A stretch of 64,000 nucleotides of DNA from Kudoa neothunni (taxonomy: Eukaryota > Animalia > Cnidaria): positions 398,148 to 462,147 of the forward strand of contig OZ199838.1 in NCBI GenBank assembly GCA_964304625.1, given 5' to 3'. The position numbers and the translations under genes are program-made. Of the stretch, positions 1-12,300 are shown piece by piece. How positions within the stretch are numbered: the first letter of the stretch is position 1; each line of letters opens with the position of its first letter. The notes under the pieces were generated by a model. That model was not told the DNA's origin and made no database searches. It saw only the letters and a list, made by a program, of their open reading frames with translations.

Positions 1-640
1 AAGGGACAAGTTTTATTGGCCGGAATATGAATTGGAAACTAGAGCTTATGTTCAATGTTGTGATAACTGCCAGAGAAATAACGAAAAAAAAGGAAAGCTC
101 CATTAATACCGTTAAATCCTTGAAAACCACCTGATATTATTGAAATCGACATTATTGGACCCCTAACTCCTACCAAATATGGGAATAGGTATACACTGTG
201 TATAGTTGACTTGTTTTCTAGACTTGCTCAAGCTATTCCATTATCTGATCTGTCTGCCACCTCTGTCTCGAAAGCATTACTTGACAAATTTATTTACATT
301 TATGGTATTCCCAACAGGATCCATAGTGATAATGGCAAAAATTTTACTCTTCAACTCATGAAAGAGGTCATGAATTTAATTGGAATTAAACAATCATTAA
401 CTACCCCATATCATCCACAAGGCAACGGTGCCGTTGAGAGATTCGACAAAATTATTAAAGCTATAATGATCAAATGTGGGTGCTCCGATAATTGGGATGA
501 ATTGCTGCCCCTCTTGGTTTTATAATTACAATAACAACGTTAACAGATCTACAAATTTTGCTCCTTTTCAGGTAATCTATGGTCGCCCTTCTAATTCCAA
601 AGAATCTAATAAGAACTATTTTCAAAAAGGCAGTGACTAT
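1..640 (+). pseudogene. Ty3/Gypsy-type LTR retrotransposon integrase (rve) remnant
   Basis: Frameshifted pieces read IDIIGPL..GNRYTLCIVDLFSR, YGIPNRIHSDNGKNF, TTPYHPQGNGAVERF, WDELLP and YNNNVNRSTNFAPFQVIYGRP, i.e. a DDE integrase core. No LTR is visible. Confidence 0.9.
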
Positions 641-939
641 TGGTTCGACAGATCAATTTTACGATTTTGTAATATTAAAAAAAAGTAAAATTAGGTTTTT
701 CATTTCCCAATTGTTAAATTACAAAGTTCACAAACATATTTTTGATATTCGAGTCGCTCCAATTAGGAATTGTTACCTGCACGGCGTGATTATCGTTTTC
801 AAATATTATATATTTATATTTTTTCGCGGAAATTTGAGAATAAATTGATCTGGTGATCGCATTTAAATTAAACAGTGACGTTGAATTTTGTGAACCTTGT
901 GTTTCGTGTAGCGAGCTTATTCGTACGCAATGAACAGCA

Positions 940-3800
940 ACGAAAGTGGTGGAAGCAATCATGATGTTAACTCTAACGAGAATAGTTTTTTTAAAGTTGA
1001 AAATTGAACAGTTGGAATTACTCGATAAATATACGATGTCCGTATTAGATTGCAAAACCATTGAGAGTGGTCAAAAACGATGTGATCGAGTGTTAAATTC
1101 ACTATTAAAATATTATCAATTAAAATATAGTTGTATTCACAGCGGGAAAAAGGTAAATCGTTTTATTTTGTTAAATATTTTTTATTTAAGGTTAATTATT
1201 TTTTTGTCTTTAGAAATATTTGTATTTATTTGCTAAGTTATTTATTGGTTTGATTACTTTAAAGAAAGCGATCAACTGGTCAACGAAATACGAACTCTTA
1301 TTATAAGGGATGCCCAGTGTTTTTAAGATTTCTAATAGACACCGATGGGAAAAAACTTGTGTTAAAATCTCCTAATTTATCACATAACCACGATTCTCTT
1401 GGTTTAACCTCAAAATTTTCGTCAAAGGCAAAAAAACTTAATGATGAGGAGATTACATATATCACCCAACATGTTGAATTCGACGGTAATTCAAAGGCTA
1501 TCCAAGAAAAAATTTTAAGGGAGAAGGGAAAGTACGTTTCACTGAAAAAGCTAAGAAACATTGAATATTAAATTAAGTCCCATTCAACCACAGTTGATTG
1601 TATGTTAACTCTAAAAAATAATCCTAATGTATTTATTGAAGTGTTAGAAGGTGAAAATAATTTTAAGGGCCTTTTTTATCAAGATTTGGACATGAAAAAA
1701 TGCCTGAAAGCTTACCCCGAAATAATATTTATTGACGCCACATATAAATTATTAGACTGTAGGGCTCCAGTTTATTTTCTTGTGGTAATGGATGGAAGAG
1801 GAATGAGCGAGATTGTGGCAACAGGAATCCTCACTGAAGAAACTGAGGAAATATTATCGTGGTTTATTAAAACAATTAAAAAGCATAACCCAGTGATAGA
1901 AAATGAGACTAAAATTTTTATGACAGACAAAGACATGGTAGAACGAAAAGTTTTAAAAAATATTTTTCCAAATGTTAACATTCAATTATGTCTTTATCAT
2001 GTCTTAAAAGCATTTAATCGTGAAATCAAGGTCGAGAAAATGAACATCAATTCTAAGGAAAAAGAAATTTCACTCTTTTACCTACAAAAAATCTCATACG
2101 CCAAAAACAATGATGAGTATAATTCTATAAAAAAACAATTTAAGGATAATGTAGGAGAAAACGTTTATCGTTATTTTAAAAATAATTGGCGTACTATCAA
2201 AGATGAATGGGTTATTGGTTTACGGAGATACGATAGAATCTTCTTAAATTTTACCAATAATAGAATTGAAAGTGTCAATTCCAAGGTAAAAAAAGTGATT
2301 CCATTGTTTTCCTCTTTTGAAGAATTTTTCAAGAAGTTTCTGGTTTACATAAATACTTCAAGAATGGAGAATGATAATAAGGCTGTACAAGAAATGTTAA
2401 AGACTCCTCAAAAATTCATTGATCCTGATATAATCGAGTATTATAATTATTTAACCAAATACCCATTTCAAGATGAACATCCTAAAGTTCTTCTATCGCC
2501 AGAAAACATCGGTGACGAAATTCTTCAAGATAGTTTTAATACACCTTCTAATGATAAATGTGGCTGTCCCTTCAAAATCAGCATGAACTTACCATGCTGT
2601 CACGTATTTACATATCGGAAAAAGTGTAATCTTCCACTTTTTGATAAATCTTTGTGTTCCAAGAGATGGACGAAATAATACTTTATTGAAAATTCCAGGT
2701 TGCAAGAAAATGTTCGCGAAAAGAATGATGTCGACTTTGGAAGCGATTCGATTACTTTCAGTTCTTTATCCAATAATGTTCAATATTCAGAACAGGAAAA
2801 ATTTAATGAAGCTTCTAGGTTAATGAAAACCGTCGCTGCTAGAATCTCAGAAAAAAAACAAGCCCTGAATATAATTATTGGATTGATATGCTGAAACAGT
2901 TTGTGGAATGCGTTGAGAATAATGAAAAAAATTGCGATAACAAGATTTAACGATAATGACTCTAAAACGTGAGGTCTCAACAGCCTCAAGAAAAAACATT
3001 ACTGTGTCTAAAAGTATTTATCTATATAATATAATGTAATATTAATTTTTATTCTTATAGAATCAGAATTACATCATTGTCCTATAAACGAAAGTCAACA
3101 AGAGTAAAACGGAATCCCTGTTTAAATATTTATTCTAATTATAGAGAGAAATCCAATAATGGTGAAAAATCATCTGAGATATCTGATGAAGATAATAAAA
3201 ATTTCAAGTAATATAACAATTAATTATATCTTTGATTCAAAATGTAGAATTAATTTTGCCCTTCAAAAAATTAAATTCAAGGGCCGCCCTAAAGGTTCGT
3301 CGACGACTGTAATTGGTTATAAAAAGATCTAAAGTTCACATGAGTTCGTTCATGAATTTAACTGAAAAGAAACAAATTTCGAGTATATTAGAAATTTTTT
3401 AAATAATAAATAGATATGCTGAGTTGGTTCGTTGATAAAAAAATTGCGAGAAGACCTATGGTTAATAAAGAAAAAATTGATGAAAAGGATGTCGAGGTTT
3501 TTTCCGATAACGTAAGTGACACGATTCTTGACCAAAGGATTACAATTGATAAAATATTTCCTTATTTTACTGACGATGCCATTTATAATATTAAAACGAT
3601 TATAAAAAACAAACAAACCGTTGGCTATATGTGCAGTATCTGTAAAAACACGATTGGGAACATGGAATCATCTATAGGTTATGATATATGCTTAGAATGG
3701 AGTCATTTCAAATGTCAAAATATCAATGTTATCCCATATTCTAAATATTGGTGTTGCAACGAATGTAAAAAGTTATTCAAGAACAAAGGCTGTAAACTTG
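940..3800 (+). mobile_element. Mutator/MULE transposase (ZSWIM-type) with SWIM finger, AT-hook and C-terminal PHD finger, disrupted
   Basis: CPVFLRF..NLSHNHD N-terminus; IFIDATYK, FMTDKD, LCLYHVLK and FTNNRIES core; CGC..MNLPCCH SWIM finger; KGRPKG near 3280; CSIC..DICLEWSHFKC..WCCNEC PHD (3416-3780). Stops and frameshifts are present; termini not resolved. Confidence 0.9.
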
Positions 3801-4729
3801 AAAAAAAATTTTTCCGACATAAGAGTAGTTTTATTCGAATTATCTTCAAAATTATTTACGATTTTTCCAGATACAAATTTTTTTATTGCAAATACGAATA
3901 GTGCCAGATTATATTATATTTTTAATTACGCTAATATTCGACAAGTATTATTTCTTTTGTAAGCAACATTAACTGTTATAAGGTCGATTTGTTTAAAACT
4001 TCGTTTTTAAAATTGAATTCTGTAATCTTAATCAGTTTCTATAATGATGTTATATATAATCAACATTAAATAAACTTCACGTATAAGAATATACCAATAT
4101 AATTAATATTTTTTCGAACCCGGATGGAGATATTTACTTACTCATTCGAAATAGCGTCGAAATTTTAATTTATTTACAAAACAAGCATAATTTGAATAGT
4201 ACTTCGAGATAAATTTTGTCAAATTGCTTTACCGCTTGACTATGAAATTTTCTTTGTTATGTACTATGTAAATTAACTTATTAGTACGAATCAATCTCTC
4301 GAAATTGAATATCAATCAATTATCAAACTGATATAAATAATTATTAATTGTTGCCCTAAATAGAATCAAATATATTTCAACCTTATTATTTTTAGATGCA
4401 TTTTAAGGATAAATTAACGCATAATTAAGTCATTGGAATATGTAAATATGATGTAAATATTTCTATAGAAAACTTAAGTCTTATTAATCCAATAATTCAT
4501 AAATGTGCTAGTTTATGTAAGATTAGCATTTTTCACAAGTCAAAAAATGAAGATCTCGATTCTATCCGTGTCTAAATAGGTGTCTGAGTATTCTCGTTAA
4601 TTAAACTTAATTGATAGATATACTTGTCGTTAAAATGTTGTTTAAATATTAAATGTAATTTTATATCCACACAAAGTAAATTTAAATAGCATGCGATGCT
4701 GATCTGCCGGACCAATAGTTACTTCCATC

Positions 4730-5288
4730 CCAAAAGGTCGGTAGAGATGGAATTATCGTTCAGATTGACGAACCCAAACTTGGTAAAGGGAAGAATAACG
4801 TGGGTAGGATAATAGCTCATCAAGGTCAATAGATTGTGGGAGGAATAGATGAAAACGGCCACGTTTTCATGACAATTACAAACAAGCGGGATCTGGCAAC
4901 ACTACACCAAATAATTCTTGAGAATGTGAAAAGAGGATCAATAATATGGTCTGATTTCTGGAAAGTTTACAGGCGTCTTTATAAGCATTGTTTTCTCCAT
5001 GAAACTGTCAACCATAACATAGAGTTCGTCGTTGAAACTGGCGTGCACTCCAATAGAATCGAAGCTACGTGGGGAACTTGCAAAACAAAGTTTCGCCATA
5101 TTACGAATAAATCCCCTGGGTTTATACCATCGTATCTATCGGAATATATATTTAAGAAAAAATTTCTTAATATAGTATTTCAAGAAACATTAAACCAAAT
5201 TAGTATTATCTACACATTTTGAATATTATGGTTTGTTATTACATGTGCCCCAAAGATTAGCGGGGTTAGTTCGAATTAGTTACGTGCC
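4730..5288 (+). mobile_element. Merlin (IS1595/ISXO2-like) transposase, 5'-truncated
   Basis: VQIDEPKLGK..(W>stop)IVGGIDE..RDLATL..IWSDFWKVY..HETVNH..GVHSNRIEATW. It ends in TTAGTTACGTGCC, a GG-type terminus. Confidence 0.88.
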
Positions 5289-5322
5289 TATACTCCACAT
5301 TAATCCCCCTTGTGTACTATCG

Positions 5323-8199
5323 CAGGGCTCATAATCTGTTGTTCTTTTATTATACATAGTGCGCAAAAAAGGGGCATTATCTGTCTACACTATTTTATGA
5401 CACATGTGCTAATATAATTCTAATTATGTTTATTGTAATTTTTAAAGGATGCCGCTTATTCCCTAATTGGGGCTTGCAGCATCTGGAGGATTATGCAGGT
5501 TCCTCAACACACTTATCGATAAGAGGTTTGAGTCTTCGAGGGTTAATTGTCTCCATTTAATATCCACATTGGCGTAGTCTTCATCCGATATAAGATCGAG
5601 GAATCTTGCTGCAAGGGGTATGATAGACTCAGGCTTACCTTCATTTACCTTACTTGGACCCATTGCCACAAACAATTCAAGTTCTTTAAATGAATTATTG
5701 TATAGAAATCGATCAAATTTTTCATTTTTTAAGGCGATATAGAAGTTAAATGTATTTATTTTATATTGGAGATATTCTTGTGAATTTATTATGGATGAAT
5801 TCATTGTATAGATGCAAGTCACTTTGGATCCGCGACAAACACTATCTAATGGAAGGTAATTTGAAGGGTCACTTTTTTAATATTCCAAATATCAACATTT
5901 TTAATGATTTCCCTTTTCATAAATAAACTGAGAATGACTTTTATTGTAAAATTGATTGAATTTTTTAGCTTGTGTATTCAAACGGTTTCTGATTGGAATT
6001 CAAGATTAAGTTTGGTCACTACTGGAAGTATAAAATTTAAGAATTCAAAATACATATGATTTATTGAGTTTATGATTTGTTGATTTTGATTATTCAAACC
6101 CATTTTCTGATATTGCAGTAGCGAAAAATATTTTAAGTGTATTCTATTGATCGAGTATTCTAGCGACGACTTATTCAAGTGACAACCGTCTCGTGCTACA
6201 AGGGCGTAATATCTTTCTAGGAAATATATATATATATATATATAGTATATATCTTTTTGAAATTCCTTGCATTCACTCAAATGTTTTCGGGCTATTCGAA
6301 ATATATATGTAAATACTTCTAGCTAAATCTTCCAGCTCATTTGGAAGTTGAAGACAAGCTTTAGAAGTACACAAATTTACTGAGTGACAAACGCAATCTT
6401 GCACCTAAAGCGAAGGAATTATTTGTTTTTAGTAAACCCTGGACACCATTTTTGTTACCCATCATAACATTTGCATTGTCACTGGCAAATCCGATAATAT
6501 TGTGAATGGAGGTATAATTAGTTTTATAAAAATTTATCAATGATTCAAAAATTTCCTTTGTCAGTACAATTTGTTATCTCAAACATGACCAAGTATTTGT
6601 CCATTGTCTTTTTTACATCGACATCATAATATCGAGCTACCAAAACTAATTGTTTAATTGTGGATATATCATATCTGTGGTTTCATGTATTATTAATGAA
6701 AATTTGGTTGTTTATAATTTTGGAATTATGTTTTTTTAAATAATATTTCCAAATAATACGCCGAAAAACGCATTTGCCTTTCGTTCGCGCACATTAATAT
6801 CCTTGCAAAATAGCAGAGTCTGCACAAACATTCGCAACTAAACCAAGCAAATGATCCAAGATTGAACAGCGATAAATTGTGTTGTGCAACAAAGGCACAT
6901 AATTTCAATTCTGCTTTAGCTATTTTTCGAGAATATACAACGGTACTGTTTAATTCTATATAACTATCTATTTTCATATTGGTTGTGGATTGTCTCATAT
7001 TTCTTAAAATGCTTTTCGGTTGCTGCATGTCTTTCGATTCGTGAAATACTCCCCGAAATTTCACATTTACACACTGTACAGAGCACTTTCTCCTTGTTAT
7101 TCATACTCATATCAATCCAGTAGATAAACCTTCGATGTTCCAAATATTCTGTTTTTACCTTGCGTTTATAACCTTTATATATTTTTCTTTTTTGGCATGT
7201 TACTTATATCGCTTTCGCAGTCGCTACCGTTTTGATTAAAGGACCATCAAGAAATTACTAACCCAACAAATATTACGTGATGAATAACACAATAAAAGTT
7301 ACGGAAATTAATTCAACTTGTTGAATGCAAAAACTATATAGTAAATTACTAAAAGATGTTCTATTATGAATGAATTTGTACGTTAAAATTAGTGTTTTGT
7401 GTATAAAATTTTTATCCTTATCGCATTGCGGATATTGTTTTCCTCTTCAACTTCGTTTTCATCTAATTTAAATATTTTTCCGGTGTCAATGATAGGTTTA
7501 ATTTTAAAAAATTTAATCTATTAACAATTTCCCTGATTAGAAATGTATAAAATAAACGTTTTAAGGAATTTTTTTTAGCTACAATTAAATTTGATAACTC
7601 TTTCGAGTCAGATTTTTTTTTTTGTTTTTTAAAAAACATTTTAAAACCCTAAAGTATAAAACTTGTCGGCAGAAAAAATTAAATTCGCAAAAATAAACGA
7701 GCTAATTGCTCACGTATAAGGTTAAATATACATTGGGATTACATGGAACCTATTTGACCATGAAATCAAAGAACGTTTCATTTAAAACAATAAATAGATA
7801 ACGATTTAGTGGTCAGAAACTCATTTTACAAATAAGTGAAGAAGGAAATAAACTTAACTTAATAAATTTTTGTTGAATGATAATATTTTGGAAATTAATT
7901 GTTTGTTTTGTTTTCTTTAAGAGACAAAACATTAATGGGATAGGTTGGATATTTAAAATAACATCGAATTCAACATCAAGACATATTTTTGTATATCCTC
8001 GTATAATATTATATCTATACGTTAAAATAATACTAAATAAACGCAAAAAGTATAAATTTTTAAATAAGCCATTAATGCTACTTTGCATTCATTACAAATA
8101 CCTAACCGGAAATTGCATATCGTTTAGGGGATTAAAAATCATGTCTTGAAGATGAAAAAGTACCATCTTGGTACGAACGTACCAATTCTGACAACCCTG
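5323..8199 (-). mobile_element. Degenerate hAT transposon
   Basis: Fragments AELKLCAFVAQHNLS, FSLIIHETTDM, IIGFASDNANVMMG and CVCHSVNLCTSKACLQLP (5460-7200). Possible termini are CAGGGCTC at 5323 and CAACCCTG at 8199; no TSD was found, so the limits are tentative. Confidence 0.7.
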
Positions 8200-8424
8200 G
8201 TCAACTTGGTCACTGCGCATGCGCCGGTTAGTTTTAGCCATCTCGAAAAAATCTTGTTGGTTGGACAGGACGATTTTCAACCACTTTAAACATTATTGAA
8301 GTATCAATTAAAAAAATATTACGTATAGAAACAAAGACGATGAAAAAAATAACTAAATTTTCCGATTATCCAAGAGACATTAGTATATCCTACTTAGAAC
8401 CAGTTAATTAACCAAACAACTAGC

Positions 8425-8906
8425 CGAGGACAGATAGTACATCATCGTGACACTCAGACTCAGAACCTTGAGGTGATGGGTTCGAATCTACCGGTGATCA
8501 GAATACTGCCTCCGTGTCGGTAGGTCTCTATCCCATATTTGGGAGTTGTGGTTAAAGTGTACGCTCCCTGTGAAGTGGGGTGCATTGGCAGCCAAATAAA
8601 TTCGCGTGAAGTATGATGAGCGTGAATAGGAGTTTGAATCGCCGGAACCCATCTGAAAGTAAACTGAAGGTAAGTAATTTGCAGGGCTCACGGAGCCAAC
8701 GTCCTTAAAGGAATAGGATGTGGGGTGTTGGACGCTCTGAGACGAGGATGTTTCATGGGTTAAAATCCCACACTACCGCACAAGGAGAGGGGGCGGGGTT
8801 TCATGTTACGTCCTGAAGTGTCTACAGTGTTAATGGAAATGGTCTGACCAACCAGAATTCCACAATATAATAAGTTGCGCCAGGGTTCTTCTACCTTGTA
8901 AAAAAA
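8425..8906 (+). mobile_element. Probable tRNA-derived SINE
   Basis: GC-rich island in AT-rich DNA. The 5' head has a degenerate anticodon arm (TCAGACTCAGAACCTTGA) and a T-arm/B box (GGGTTCGAATCTACC at ~8478). It has no long ORF and ends in CTTGTAAAAAAA. Confidence 0.7.
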
Positions 8907-9389
8907 TATAAAATATATGATTTTAACAAAAATCTTTATTTGAATTAATTACGATAATGCATGGAAATAAATTACATTTTTTAAAACGGCGCCATGTTTT
9001 TTTGAATACATATTCTAATGGTTAATTCATTAAAATTTATGTTAATTTGTATTTAAATAGATAATAATTACCATAACGTTTTAAACATATTTCAGAGAAA
9101 ATATTGAAAATAAAGAACCGTTTAAATGCAATTTTTTCTCATGTTCATTTAAATTTTTAATGAACATTAGGCACAAAAGTATTAAAAAATAAGAATTAAG
9201 AAGTGATACGCATAATAAATGTTGTTAAGATTTTATATATTTTTAGAAAAAAATAAATATAAGTTCAATATGAAAAGATACTAAAAGTTATCTATTACAA
9301 TTATTATAATTAAAATAATGAAAAATTTATTAACTAAATTTTATAATAATATTGGTAACTAATGTAATGGATGATGAATATATCAGTTT

Positions 9390-12300
9390 TTATAGATCGT
9401 AAGAAATTTCCTTAGAATTCTTTCTGTAAACCGCTACACCTATCACAACCAAAAGTGAAACCACGATGGGTATCATTGCATATAATCTAAGAAAGCTTAT
9501 CTACAACGAATATGTATATTCTATTACATGTAACTTCCAACAGACCTATCTAATGTCAAACTTGAAAATATAAATGCAAATTACGAATAACTATTCTTTG
9601 CAGCATCAAAATTGTGATTTTCTTTACTATCTACAATGTTTCTTTTTTATCAGATCATTAAATTAAAATAATTTTACTAAATAAAATCTTACACATATGA
9701 CATGAAAATTGTTTTTACCCTTTCTCAACCTTTTCTACTACTTTTTGAACGATATCATCTACTACAATGTTGGCATACTCACTCCTAATGTTTTCTCCTC
9801 CTATAAATTTTTTATTCCACAAGGAGTTTTTATTTAATTTACTAGAGAAATCATTTTAATTATATATTAAATAATTGGAATTTAATTACCCTTTCATTTG
9901 ACCTATTCTTGAGTCTTCGCAAAATATATTATTAGAAAGTAAGGATTATTTAATAATTTAAACAAAATATATATACACTGAATACTATATTTGTTATAGA
10001 GTGAGTAATCCTTTGCTTTTAATTTCAATATGTAATCTTTTTCCCTCGACAAATTATTGATGTTAACAGTACACTTATTGGCAGAACATTCTTCGTCATC
10101 ATTACACCATGTAACAATTTTCCCCTCCTGATTTTCTCCTATTTTTTCCTGAATCATAAATGGACATTTTGAATTGTTATCTTTTCCTTCGAAACGCACA
10201 TCAATTGTCAAGTCACTTTCTCCATTCAACGAATGCTTAATTGAAATAGTACCATTTACTAAAAAATATAATTAAACAAGCTGATAGATTTGGAATACTT
10301 GTTTCAATGGAATACTCCTTTTGTTTTTTGCCATCAGGTGGTTCGACGGTCACTTTGTAGGTAGTTCCTAATTCTAGATTGACTATTCTGAACTCAGCAT
10401 CACATTTGTTCTCGCATGCTCCTATTTCGTCACACGTAGCCATATATTTTGGATCTGAGACACCACTTTTTTTAACATAAATTCTACAGACCGGAAAATA
10501 ATTATTATGTCTAAATGGTGTTATTGTAGCAGTGGAATTCTTTATGGTAGGTTCTGAATTATTCGCAGTTAAATTTTCTCCCTCAGCTAAATATGCTGTT
10601 AACATATGACCGTTTATTTTTTCGTTACTTGTTCGGAATGTTGTTTTCTTTGTATACCCGTTAATCCCAATGTTGGTTACTGCTACGGAAATTACATAAG
10701 TTGTACCGGCCGTAAGATCAGTAATAAAATATTTCTCGTCACAGCTAATATTACATTCATCATTGCTGTCACAACGAGGTTTTGTTTCAGCCGAAAAAGT
10801 ATTTGCTCGGCGTATTTTAATTGTGCATTCTACATTAGACTGACCTTTCTTCATATCCTTATACATGTTAAGTCCGGTAAGAGTGACTCCCGTATCCTTA
10901 ATGTCGCTTATATTTATACCACTGTCATTTCCTATAAGACATTATTTTTAAAGTTGAGTCTAAAATTACTTTTAAAGTATTGTTTGAATCCAACGGTATC
11001 AAACCTTCGTTTAACAATTATTCCAACTTTATCACTGCCATCTGTCAAACTGATAATACCATCTTGACAAAGATGGAAACACTCTTTTTTCTCCTCAGTG
11101 CATCCATTCAGAACAGTACTCTGTTGATTTTGATTATGTTCATCTACCTTAAATACTTTGATATGACAAATCTCGCCGTTATATGGACCAGGAGAGAATT
11201 TTATTTGAAGGTTTCTATCGTTATCAACAACGCTTGAAACAGAATAAATGATCTGAGATTTTAGGGGGGTCTCGGATTTCACGTAACTATTATTTATATA
11301 ATATAATATTCCAGGCCATAACAGTGTTGAACTGACATTATAATAACTTATGTATCTATCAAGTGGGAGAGACGATGATTTAACTTGTAGGGTCTCAGAA
11401 TAAGCTTCCATTTTCATGCTGGTCTCATCTGTGTCACTCTGTGGATCATCCTTCCCGTCATATTGTATATTCCAATCAGTTATTGAGTTTGATTTGTAAG
11501 TGAAATTAACTTCGCCGTCAGTATGAGATATTTTATAAGTGTTATCTTGTTTGTAATCTATAAAAAATATCGTTGAAAATTATATTAAATAAATATTATT
11601 ATTTTTAATTACCCATTAATATTGGGAACACTTGAACCTTTTTACAAGTTTTGGCCTCTTCTTTGTCTGCACCATAACAAACTGATATATATCGAACAAC
11701 TTTTGAATCAATATATCCGACATTAAGGTCACTTTTTGTGCAATCCACTAAACAATAATTTCCATCTACCTCTGTGCAGAGTTGTGGTTTTTTTAACTCA
11801 GCTCCGGTAAAATCAACTATCTTTATTACACACATATTACTCTCGGGAAAATTAGATATTTTAATTGAAAATTTGTCAATTCCTTTATCTGAAGTTGGTA
11901 CATACTTCTGTTCAAGCTTTCCACATCGAATAAAAGCTATAAATGTATGTCAATTTAAACTTCTTTGTAAATGTTACCTGGTATCGATAGCTTGAATGGT
12001 GAGGATTTTTCATGTGCATAAATCATCAACCTGTAATTATATTTGTTATCGTATATGTCATCAAATTGAATATTGTGGCATTTTTTAATATCATCTCTAT
12101 TATCACAACCAATGCAAGACTTTATTATTCTCGTGGGTGAAGCTATTTAAGATAAAAAAAGTAATATGACATTATTACTTTCGTTGGTTTCATGTTTACA
12201 TAACTGATAGTAGCAGTCTGTAGTACTAGCTTCTTCCAAAGATTGTTTCATTTGTATTACGAGCTTGTTCTTCTCAGAATTAGTTGAAATTTTAAATTGA

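Noticed and set aside
7813-8280. Short hydrophobic/basic ORFs here and at 25223-25847, 27276-27560 and 62509-63022
   Set aside because: F/I/K/L/N-rich composition expected by chance in AT-rich DNA, with no motifs or splice support.
8425-8500. Functional tRNA gene
   Set aside because: The acceptor and D stems do not pair properly, and it continues into a long body with an A-tail, as expected for a SINE head.
8605-8760. Hammerhead ribozyme in the SINE body (TGATGAG ... GAAA)
   Set aside because: The CUGAUGA core is imperfect and stems II and III could not be formed.
10606-11995. Plus-strand ORFs also present at 56105-57116
   Set aside because: They are antisense shadows of the duplicated minus-strand exons.
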